DNA of 64,000 bases from the human T2T-CHM13v2.0 reference genome, Homo sapiens. The notes under the pieces were generated by a model, which ran no database searches, had not been told where the DNA came from, and worked only from the letters and a program-made list of their open reading frames with translations. How positions within the stretch are numbered: position 1 is the stretch's first letter; every line of letters starts with the position of its first letter. Positions 24,855 to 36,089 of this stretch are shown one piece after another. The position numbers and the translations under genes were made by a program. Location of the stretch: the NCBI RefSeq assembly GCF_009914755.1, contig NC_060944.1; one strand, 5' to 3'.

Positions 24855-25036
24855 GGGAGAGACACAGACACACACACACACACAGAGATAGAGATACAGA
24901 GACAGAGAGGGAGACAGAGACACAGAGAGAGACATAGGAGACAGAGAAGAGAGACACAGGTAATACAGAGACAGAGGCATAGAGACAGAAATAAAGAGAG
25001 AGACTGACCGTGAGAAACAGATTCAGAGACAGAGAC
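24855..25036. repeat. (CA)n followed by a GAGACA-rich simple repeat
   Basis: Directly visible. Confidence 0.9.
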
Positions 25037-25148
25037 TTGATACAAGTCTTGCCACATCTAGATGTGGGGCAGGGGGAGCCAACCCTTCAACTCTGTGAAT
25101 TCCTGACACGTGTTTCTGTCTGTTGTTTTTTTAACCAAGGCAGACTTG

Positions 25149-25323
25149 GAGCGGGGTCAGCCCACTTCTTCCTGGTGTGGCATTGCACATGCAGCCTGTG
25201 GGTGCTCGCTGGGGCATCCAAGGGGCACCAGGAGAGCTGGGTCAGCCCACTTCTCCCTGGTGTGGCATCGCAGATGCAGCCTGTGGGTGCTGGCCGGGGC
25301 ATCTGAGGGGCACCAGAAGTGCT
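25149..25323. repeat. 85-bp imperfect tandem duplication
   Basis: gggtcagcccacttct...gcagcctgtgggtgct...ggggcaccag starts at 25154 and 25239. Confidence 0.9.
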
Positions 25324-25883
25324 GTAGGGCTGCCGGGTGCCTGTTGCAGGAGGACTCAGGACCCAGCACTTGCTGAATGCACAGTGATTCCCAGGTGACC
25401 TGCACCAGCAGAAGGCCTCTTCCTTCCATTTCATCTTATAATTCCTCCTGGAAACCTGGAGCTCAGAGCTGGCCCTCCCTGCATCATCCCCAATGAGCTG
25501 TTTCTCCTCCATGGATTCTCACCAGAGGCAGCCTTTGCATTCCCACCAACTCCCCGGAAAAGGTTTCAGGGCTCAGCTACCTCTGCACACAGCACGGCTA
25601 GGGGACGGGGACCTCCAGGGCCACCACTGGACAGTGCCCCCTTCATGCACCTTGAAGCCTAAGGCACAGCCTGCAACCCAGCCTGGGAGTTCTGCCCACA
25701 GCAGGGGTCCGGCTGTGCAGGGCTAGAGGTTGGAATGGCCACTCCAGGGATCTGGGTCACCCACCCCTCTATGATTCATTCCCAAGGCCCTCCTCTCATG
25801 CACAGGTAGAAATTTTCAACCCACCATGTGCAGAGACAGTGGCTGGCACTGGGGAGGAATCCAGCGCCCCCACCACCTCCTGC

Positions 25884-25950
25884 CATGCCGTGCAAACATG
25901 CCGTGTAAACATGCGGTGTAAACACGCTGTGTAAACATGTGCAAACACGC
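25884..25950. repeat. 13-bp tandem repeat (catgccgtgtaaa), ~5 copies
   Basis: G(T/C)AAACA at 25892, 25905, 25918, 25931 and 25941. Confidence 0.88.
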
Positions 25951-26365
25951 TGTGTTAGCCCTTTCATATTGCTATAAAGAAATACCTGAGGCTGCGTAAT
26001 ATAGAGAGAAAAGAGGTTTATTTGGCTCACGGTTCTGCAGGCTGTACAGGAAGTATAGCGCCGGCATCTCCTTCTGGGGAGGCCTCAGGAAGCTTCCACT
26101 CATGGGAGAAAGTGAAGGGGAGCAGACGTCCCACGTGGCAGGAGTGAGAGAGAGAGAGAGAGGGACGGAGGTGCCAAGCTCTTTAAACAACAGGCCCTGG
26201 AGTGCACTCAGAGCAAGAATTCACGTGTTACCACAAGGGCAGCACTGAGCCATTGACAAGTGATCCACCCCCATGATCCAAACACCTCCCACCAGGCCCA
26301 CCTCCAACACTGGAGGGCACATTTCAAATGAGATCTAGAAGGGACGGAACATCCAAACCACGCCA
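25951..26365 (-). mobile_element. MSTA/MSTB MaLR solo LTR
   Basis: tgtgttag...tattgctataaagaaatacctgaggctg...ggctcacggttctgcaggctgtacaggaag...aacatccaaaccacgcca; 5-bp TSD cacgc/cacac. Confidence 0.9.
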
Positions 26366-26728
26366 CACACCTCCATTCGTCTGTTTATTCTTTCTGCCTA
26401 ATGCATATGCAGAGCTTTGCTCAGCACCAGGCTCTACCCAGGAAAGGTGCAGTGCCTCTGTAGATGGTCCTGCAGCAAACCCCCAGAAAGATGGGGATCA
26501 CAGGCTGGTGGGGACCAGGGACCTGGGTCCCACACCTGCAGGCCCCAGCCCTCACCACGGATGCACTCAGGCCTCCCACACTCCCCACCTGAGCTGGCCA
26601 TGAAAGAAGATGAGGGAGCCCAGGGCGGTGGGGGTGGGGCTGCTGGTGAAAGGTCAGGCCCACCTGCCCCAGCCACCCACGTGGCTTGCCAGTGCGCAGA
26701 CACTTTTGCACACACGTTGCCTTCCCTT

Positions 26729-27190
<462 letters not shown>

Positions 27191-27710
27191 ACGTTCCTGT
27201 CTATTTCCTGCCCCAGCCCTGAGGCTTCATGGTTTTCTCCCTGCTTTGAAGATGAGAAATGCAGTCATCCCACATCGCCAGCATCTCTTGCTGCCTCCTG
27301 CACACCAGGTTCTAGGAGCAAGCTCGTGGAGATCATTAGTTTTATCATCCTCATTTCCCATTTTCACAGTGAGGAATGGTGAGCCCTGAGATCTGGCTGG
27401 ACTCCAGCCTTCTCACCCCTTCAGGGACTGCAGAGTCAGCAGGAGATGCAGGGCCCAGAAGGGAGAAGAAGCTGCATCGTCTGCCAAATTCTGGAATGAA
27501 GCCCTCAAGTTCCACTTGTAGCTAATCTCTCTGTCCCACCGAGATGGAGGCCTTGGGGATGCCTGGCTTTCCTGCCCTTCCCTGGAGAAGGAAGCCCCTC
27601 CCTGCAAGCATCACACTCCTCATCAGACTCCAGTGTGACCCCAACTCCGGATTTCCACCTTGTAGGATGCCCACCAGGGTCTTTGGGGGCAGCTGTGCCA
27701 GCCAGCAGGG

Positions 27711-28310
27711 GTGTGTTAGTTCTCTGCACTGTGTAACGAATCAGCACAAACTTAGTGGCTGAAACAACGCCCTATGAGTTCACCGTGCTGTAGGTCAGAA
27801 GTCCAGATGGGCTTGGCTTGTGTTTCTGCTCCGGGTCTCACCAGGCCAAAATCAAAGTGCCGGCCAGCCTGGGTGCTCCCCCGGCCCTAGGGAGGATCTG
27901 CCTCTAGGCTCACCGGCCTGGGTGCTCCCCCGGCCCTAGGGAGGACCTGCCTCTAGGCTCACTGGGGCTGTGGCAGGTCTGGATCCTTGTGGTTGCAGGA
28001 CTGAGGTCTCCATGTCCTTGCTGGCTATTCGGGGGGCCACAGCCACCCCCTGAAGGGCACCTGCATGCCTCGGCACGTGTCTCCTCCACTGTCACCCAGC
28101 AAGGTGCATAGGATGCCCGCATGCCCTTCTCTCCTGCCTCCAGCTGGAGAACGTTCAGCTTTCGAAGGCCCATGTGGTTGGATGGCGTCCACCCAGCCCT
28201 GTCTTAAGGTCAAAAACGTAGCCCAGTGGGGAGGGAACACATCTGTCTTCACATCTGGGACCAGCACCTGACATCCTTGGGGCCATCTTAGAGTTTTTCC
28301 TACCTCCCCA
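27711..28310 (-). mobile_element. MLT1 (D/E-like) LTR containing a 49-bp tandem duplication (27864-27961)
   Basis: cacaaacttagtggctgaaacaac...ggtcagaagtcc...tccttgtggttgcaggactgaggtc...ggggccatcttagag. Confidence 0.75.
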
Positions 28311-28519
28311 GTGTCTTTAGATCCTGTTCCATTTTCCACCCGGCTCTGTGGGCTGAGGGTGGCGAGGACGCATCCCCAGCCTGAGTACGCTGACGACTGT
28401 GACACGTGTCACCCTAAAGCCAGCCTGTAAACATTCAAACGCACAACACGCACAAGTGCTCACTGCTGGCTTTGCAGGGTGATGCTCCAGAAGATTCCTT
28501 GAAGGATTCCGTAAGTTAG

Positions 28520-28720
28520 ACACATTAGCTCACCCAGCCACACGCTGTCATCTTCCGAAAGTTTTCTAACCTTTCTGAGCCTCAGTTTCCTCATCTGTAA
28601 AATAGGGACCAAGACAATGCCAATCTCACAGATTCTGATGAAAATTGGAGTTAACGTGTGTAGGGTTCTTATAGCACTGCCTGGCCCTGAGCAAACGCAC
28701 GGTGCGTGTTGGCTGCCGAT
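28520..28720 (+). mobile_element. MIR SINE
   Basis: taacctttctgagcctcagtttcctcatctgtaaaataggg. Confidence 0.85.
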
Positions 28721-30089
28721 GTCACTGATGAAGAAAGTCTCCAACACCTTTACCCCTCGGCCACTTCCAAGACCCTCATGGACTGTTCCCAGTTCCATAC
28801 GCCTTGGAGGGAACCCACACCCACAATTAAGATAGGAGGAAAAGAGAGCAGCCAAGAGGCGGGAGCATTAGATCCCACACACATCTGGACAGTCATCTGT
28901 CAACAGACACATTTCCCCCGAGCGCCTTCCCGCCCCAATGCCAGACCACGCCCATGTATTAATATTTCCTAATCTTGTCTCCCGGAACGAGGATAGAAAA
29001 ATGTCCTATTCAAGATGTTGCAGGAAATGCACTCTGCGCCTGACGCTCCGATTTGCAGGTTGCAGAACGCTCGGAGGACTCCTCCACCCATGTTTGCGTG
29101 TTTCCTCCACCGTCATGGTGAGGTCACCTCTCTCAGGCCCACCCTGGGTGTGCCCAGCCTGAGAGATGGGCAGGGGAGATTTCTACAGGAGCTGTCAAAT
29201 GTATTTGAATCTTTTGGGGGTGAGGCAGGGAGTGGGACAAGGAGGACACAGGCCACGGGCAGAGGCGGTATTTCCTCGTTATCCGCACTCGCGCTGCTCC
29301 CGCTGCTACAGATAGCGCCTGAAACTGCTTTAGTTAGGAGATAATAACTTTAATTTTAGCTCAGAATTACTTTTCCCCCGAGGCCCTGTGACCTCTGGGC
29401 GTGTGGGAAACACATCCATAGCAGGACGGAGCTGCAGATGGGTCGGGGATGGGGGAGTCTGCCCGCGACGGGGCGGGGACAGCCGGTTCCAGCAACCCCA
29501 CAGCACTTCAGGCTGTTTAAACATGATATGTAAAGCTGACCTGGCGTGCGTGCAGCCACATCTCGCGTGGCAGTCTGCAGTTCCTCCAGGAGTCAGTGCT
29601 AGCTTGTCTCCTTACTACAGCACAGATTGCCTCTTTGGGTAAAGCCAGCCTCTAGATCTTCCGTAAACACACAATGTAGGGGGTAAAATTCCACTCTGGA
29701 TGGTTGGAGCCAAACCAAAACACTGGTATAGGCATGGACACAGTTAGCTCCTGGGTTTCCCTGGGGCAGGCGTGGAATTCAGGGCCCCCCTGATCCCCTG
29801 AGTTCGGGGGAGTGGCAGCGGCCATGTGAGGCAGGCCACCAAGGGGATGATGTGGAGACCCGTCTGGCATGGGGCTTCTCTCACGGCCACCCTGGGCTGG
29901 GTGATGTTTTGCTGCAAATACCTTGAGTGAGGTCTGTTGTGTCCAACTTCGAGGGTGATGTGGAGTTTTGGCAGAAAGATGTGAGCTGAGGACACCTCTG
30001 GCTGACCATCCAGCTCTGGGTGGAGAGGCCTCGGATGTGCCCTTTCCACTCCCCGACAGCCCCTCAGCAGCCCCCTCGCCTGCCGGCAG

Positions 30090-30345
30090 CGCCCAGCCTC
30101 TCTGTGTCCTCTGCCTTGGCCTGTTCTTGAGGTCTCAGCTCAAGCAGCCCCTCCTCCGAGAGGCCTCCCTGGCGGCCACCACACCCACTGATGGCTTCTT
30201 CTCTTCCCGGTGTCCATTGTCCCTTGGATGGAAGCTCCAGGGCAGCCACACTGCCTTCAGTGCACAGTAATCTAGGGTCCAGCCCAGCACCTGCCATTGC
30301 AGGCCCTTGATGGGCATCTGCAGAACAAATGAATGAGTGAAAGAA
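30090..30345 (+). mobile_element. L2 3' end
   Basis: aggtctcagctcaa...cctcctccgagaggcctccctg...aagctccagggcag...cccagcacctg...aatgaatgagtgaa tail. Confidence 0.6.
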
Positions 30346-31067
30346 CAAATCCAGAACTTAAGGGGTGACTCTGAGAAGCTCCTGCGGAACCTTCCAGCCC
30401 AGATTCAGCTCTTCCCTTTTCACCTCGAAGATGGTTCCTGTGACGTTCCCAGGAGCTCCACACAGGCCTCCCGGCCCTGCCTCTCCACGGATCCCCCCAC
30501 CCCACCACCCATATTCCCCTGCTGTGCCCAAGAGCTGACAGGGCACACAGACGCAGAGGAGCCTGGAACTTGTCCAGGCTGGACTCTCAGTGGACGCCCA
30601 AATGGGCCCAATTCCCAGCCCAGCTCTGGCCCTTGCACACCCCGACCTGTCTCCTCCCCATCTCCCCTGGGGACTAACCTTACAGTGGCAGGAGTTAAGC
30701 CCCCGCCCAATTAGGCACAAATGTCTTTTCTGTTGCCACTTTGGGTGGACATCACCCCATCCAAGGGGCACCTGTCCTGCTCCAGACATCTGATCAGAAC
30801 AGTCGGTGGCTCACGGAACAGTCGGGCAGGCATGGGAGGTCCTGGGTGGGCCTGGGCCTGACCATGGGGTGTTGGGGGGTTATGCTGGCTTCCAGCTCTG
30901 TGCGTCGCCCCACTCTGCACTCTCCTGACCCCCGTTTCTGCAGAGGAGAGAGCTGAGGCTCAGAGAATTCCATGACGTGTCCAAAGCCCCCCGGCCCCTA
31001 TAGCCAACCTGCTTCTGCCATCAGTCTCCTACCCCAGCACCGCGGGTCCCAGGCCGCTCTCAGCTGA

Positions 31068-31322
<255 letters not shown>

Positions 31323-32275
31323 TGAGGGCAGGGGAGGGCTGCTTAGTCCCCGCTACCAGGATGGTGCCACGGGACTTGGGCGCAGACACACAGCATGCAG
31401 CAGACGTCCACCAAAGCCCCTGCTCTCACAGGCCTTGGGGTCAAGGGGGTTGCAGACCACAGGTGAGAAGCGATTGCAGCCACAGCAGGGCCAACGCGCT
31501 GGGAAGAAAACCCGGGCACTGGGAGTCCTGGGGACAGCGGTGGGCCTGGGCAGGCCCCTCTGTGCAGCTGGCGTGTGGGCTGGGAGCTGAAGCCTGAGGT
31601 GGAGCAGCTCCCGGAGTGGGACTGGGGTGGGCTCCCGGGCAGGCGGAGAGGCTAGGGGAGCAAGGTGCCCATGCCAGGGCCTGGGGAGGCAACGAAGTCA
31701 GAGGGCTGAGGCCACTGGAGGCCTCCCAGCTAAACGTAAGATTTGGTTCCAAGCAAAACGGGAAGCGAGAGAGGCCCGGACTCCCCCCACAGAGGCGATC
31801 CCATGTGACTGAGGCTGTCTGCTCCCCTCAGAGCTGACCCAAGAGCCTGTCCCCCGAGACTTCACTCTGGCACCGGTGGTGGCGCCTGCTTTTTCATGTG
31901 TGGGGCCCTAGCTGAGCGTGTCATGTCTTGCATCTCTGCCGTCTGTGACTGCCAAGAAGTGGACGACCCCCACCAGCAGTGAGGAGGCTCAGGCCGGGGA
32001 GGTGAAGCAGTTGCAGACCCTCAGGGCGCACATGGGTTAGAACCTGGGTGTCCACATCCCCACAGGGCTGGCACAGCCCCCACCTGCTCATCCAGATGCT
32101 GCAGGTGGCCTGGGGCTGTGGGTTAACAAACCCCAGGGGGCTTCTGTGTGAGGGGAGCAGCTCCCCACTGTGGCTGCCTCCTGCATGGGGGGTGGAGAGG
32201 GGTCCTCTTTGGGACAAACCTTTGCCCGGCTTGGGTTGGGTCGGGGGAGGTGAGGTCACTGAGGAGACCTCTGCT

Positions 32276-32448
32276 TGGGCCACCCCTAAAGTACAAGACA
32301 CCAAGTAAATGTGAAGTTCAGAGAGTCAGCAAAGCACTTTAAAGTGTGGCCTAAGCACCATTTAGGACGGACTTACACTAAGAGAGTAATCCTTGCTGAT
32401 CTGAACTTCGAGTTTAATGGGGTGTCCTGTATTTTCACCAGCAACCAC
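32276..32448. mobile_element. MER53-like palindromic hAT MITE
   Basis: Whole-element inverted repeat: aaagtacaagacacc / ggtgtcctgtatttt and gaagttcaga / tctgaacttc; end cagcaacc resembles the MER53 TIR. Confidence 0.78.
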
Positions 32449-32689
32449 ACCCCTGGCCAGTGCCCAGCAAGTGACGGCTTCCAGGCTTTACAGAAGTTGG
32501 CAGTCCTGGGCAAATGGGAGGCTGTTTCTGCATTGAAATCTGCAGCACATGGAGCCCAGAGCCAGGGCCAGCTCCCAGGGGCACCACACGCCCCTGCAGG
32601 CCCCCAGAGAGGGGTCAGCAGCATCCCAGCTCTGGGACTGGAAGGCAGGCCTTTATCACACCTGCTCGTGGAGGTGGCTGCGTGGGCGG

Positions 32690-33692
32690 TCCCTGGGCTA
32701 TAGTGTGAACAAGGTGAATTATACCCTCGGTCCGCCCCCAGGGCTGCAGTGTGAACAGGGTGAATTGCACTCTTGGCCTGCCCCAGGGCTGCAGTGTGAA
32801 CAGGATGAATTGTGCCTTTGGCCCACCCCCAGGGCTGCAGTGTGAACAGGGTGAATTGTGCCCTTGGTCCACCCCCAGGGGTGCAGTGTGAACAGGGTGA
32901 ATTGCGCCTTTGGCCCACCCCCAGGGCTGCAGTGTGAACAGGGTGAATTGTGCCCTTGGTCCACCCCCAGGGCTGCAGTGTGAACAGGGTGAATTGCACC
33001 TTTGGTCCACCCCCAGGGCTGCAGTGTGAACAGGGTGAATTGCACCTTTGGTCCACCCCCAGGGCTGCAGTGTGAACAGGGTGAATTGTGCCTTTGGCCC
33101 ACCCCCAGGGCTGCAGTGTGAACAGGGTGAATTGTGCCCTTGGTCCGTCCCCAGGGCTGTAGTGTGAACAGGGTGAATTGTGCCCTTGGTCCACCCCCAG
33201 GGCTGCAGTGTGAACAGGGTGAATTGCGCCCTTGGTCCACCCCCAGGGCTGCAGTGTGAACAGGGTGAATTGTGCCCTTAGCCTGCCCCAGGGCTGTAAT
33301 GTCAACAGGGTGAATTGCGCCTTTGGCCCACCCCCAGGGGTGCAGTGTGAACAGGGTGAATTGCGCCTTTGGCCCACCCCCAGGGGTGCAGTGTGAACAG
33401 GGTGAATTGTGCCCTTGGCCCACCCCCAGGGCTGCAGTGTGAACAGGGTGAATTGTGCCCTTGGCCCACCCCCAGGGCTGCAGTGTGAACAGGGTGAATT
33501 GCGCCTTTGGCCCACCCCCAGGGGTGCAGTGTGAACAGGGTGAATTGTGCCCTTGGCCCACCCCCAGGGCTGCAGTGTGAACAGGGTGAATTGTGCCCTT
33601 GGCCCACCCCCAGGGCTGCAGTGTGAACAGGGTGAATTGCGCCTTTGGTCTGCCCCCAGGGCTGCAGCGTGAACAGGGTGAATTGCACCCTT
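32690..33692. repeat. 46-bp VNTR (cagggctgcagtgtgaacagggtgaattgtgcccttggtccacccc), 22 copies
   Basis: The anchor GAAC runs from 32707 to 33671: 21 intervals of 45-46 bp with high unit identity. Confidence 0.97.
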
Positions 33693-34749
33693 GATTGGTT
33701 GTCTTTCAGGATTATGACACACGGGTGCATCCAGTGTCACTGAAGGGAATGAATGTGACATTATTTCACTGGAACCATGGGCAGCTGGTCCTCAGCCATC
33801 CCTTAAGGGGCAGGCAGGGGGTGAGCAGATTAGCTCCAGGCAGCCAAAGAAAACGGATGAGGACACAGGAGCCCCTCGCAAGGGTGCAGATGTGGAGGAG
33901 TGGGCGGCAGGCCAGGCACACTCCTCACACAGATACCACTGGCCTCTCTCCCGGAGACCCAGGATGCTATTTAAAGGCGCCTGGATTTTCCTGGCCTTTC
34001 TATCACAAATCAAACCTCCCGTGTCTTACTTTTTAAAAAATCAATAGCAAAAGTCTTCCCAAAAGCGCAATTGGCTTTGCTCATTAGGATAACAAAGAGC
34101 AAATTGCGGAGACGTGGCCCCGTAAGTCCACGTAAGCCAAGCCTGGAGAGCCCGGCTGCCCGGCCATTTGCAGAGCTGGGCACGGCCTGGCAGCCAGAGG
34201 ACATGTTGATGCCGGGACCCCGGAGTCAGCCCTTCTTCCCACCATTCCTGAGCTTTTCCAGGACTATGTTGAGTGAAATGTCCATGGACTCTCAGAGCCC
34301 CTGGGGGATCGGGAGTCTGTCTCTGGTCCCACAACAAGCTGTCTTTGTGCAAAGGCCAGGACGGAGCTGGAGGTGCCACTGTCAAGCCCACCTCGGTCAC
34401 CCTTCACCCACCCCAGACAAGGGCAGGGAGAGATGGTGTCCATGCAAAGTGTGGCTTGCTTCTCTCAGTGGCGGTCTTCCCAGGACTTGGAAATCATCTC
34501 TACAATTTCTTCTCTTCCATCAGTAAATTACAATAATAGAAGGGTTCTACACAGTGCCTTTGTGGGATAAGGAAAAACTACCGCCAGAAATTAGTCATTA
34601 TTCTCTGGAAGGACAGGGTAATGAAGGGTTTCAGATGCGTGTTCTAATGGAAAACAAATGGAAAGATGGGTTAAATATTGACTCAGCTCCAGAGGAACTT
34701 CGAAGGCTTGGGGAGTTCATCTGGGGACATGAGCATGCCAGTACAGGCC

Positions 34750-35112
34750 CGGGATCCATGAGGGTCCTGTGTGCCCCCCACACTCTTCTCCAGCCCCCCG
34801 GGATTCACAAGAGTCCTGCGTGCCCCCCACACTCTTCCCCAACCACCCTGGGATCCACGAGAATCCTTCATGCACCCCACACTCTTCCCCAGCCCCCCAG
34901 GATCCACGAGGGCCCTGCATGCATCCCACACTCTTCCCCACCTCCCCCCGCCGGGATCCACAAGGGTTCTGCGTGCACCCCACATTCTTCCCCAGCCCCC
35001 TAGAATCCATGAGGGTCCTGTGTGTACCCCCACATTCTTCCCCAGCCCCCTAGAATCCACGAGGGTCCTGTGTGCACCCCACACTCTTATCCAGCCCTCC
35101 TGAATTCATGAA
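34750..35112. repeat. ~50-bp minisatellite (ggatccacgagggtcctgtgtgcaccccacactcttccccagccccc), ~7 copies
   Basis: Unit starts near 34751, 34800, 34850, 34899, 34953, 35001 and 35051. Confidence 0.93.
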
Positions 35113-36089
35113 ATCCCCTGGGGCACTACTGACCTGCCCTGCTGGGCTCAGAGGGTGTGGCAGGCACCGTGGCCGGCTCTTTTGTGGTTGAGGCACAGAG
35201 TGAGATGTCTTGTTAGTGAGCAGGAGGCAGACCCCACCCCAGGGGCTCCCCGAGCAAGGGGACCATGACTGGGAAGTGCAGGCAGGGCTGGCAGTGCCAG
35301 GTGTGGCAGCGCCCCTGGCTGAGATGTGTTTCCAGAGTCTCCCCGGCCGGTTTTCAACCCCACCCTCCTTTCTCCTCCAAGAGATCCTCTCTGCTGCAGC
35401 CACCATGGCCTTGGAGGCCAAAAGCTTGTTCCTAAGCAGCTGGACAGCCCTGGGGGTGAGGGGAGCGTGTCTTTCCCAAGAGTCCCCGCAAAAGTCCCAA
35501 GGCAGGTTCTCGTGGGTCTCACTGCCCTGCCCCTGCCCCCATACCCCTCCCCGGGGCAGAGGGTGACAGCCTGTGGCACACAACCGGGGGACACCCTCCA
35601 TCTTCATGCGTTCCGCGCTGTCTGGGATGGTGGGCGGCGCGTGTGCGTTCGCCATGGAGTAAGACGGGGCTCCAGGAAGTGGGCGTTCCCACCGAGGCCT
35701 TCGGCCCGGGCTGCGTATGTGACCCTAAGGCTGGTGAGTTCCGATGGTGGGAGAAGGCCCTGCTGGGTGACCCGCAGACCCGTACCACAGACGTTTTCCA
35801 CAAAGAAATCAACGTTGGTTTATTTCAAGTTCCCCAGAAAGTGGAACCAAAATCAGGGTTCCCTCCAAAAAAAAACAAGGTCCACCTGAAATGACGGGAG
35901 GGCCGAGGATTTTTGCCCAGTTTCCAGCGAGGCCTGAGGCCCACGGAGGTGACTAGGGGCCCCCCATGTGGAGGGAGCTGGGGCCTGGCTTCGCAGCCCT
36001 CACTCCGTCCACCCAAGCTTCGCCACTTTCGTCTGCTGCGTTGGGCTTCCCGATGGGATTTCACTGGAAGAAATGACTTCTCAAAAAAT

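Noticed and set aside
32690-33692. CRISPR-like appearance of regular repeats (also 43589-44323 and 11790-12112)
   Set aside because: Units are head-to-tail with no unique spacers, there are no cas genes, and the DNA is human.
32373-33761. 462-aa ORF and overlapping minus-strand ORFs with a 46-aa period
   Set aside because: A 46-bp unit nearly free of minus-strand stops cycles through all three frames; VNTR artefact.
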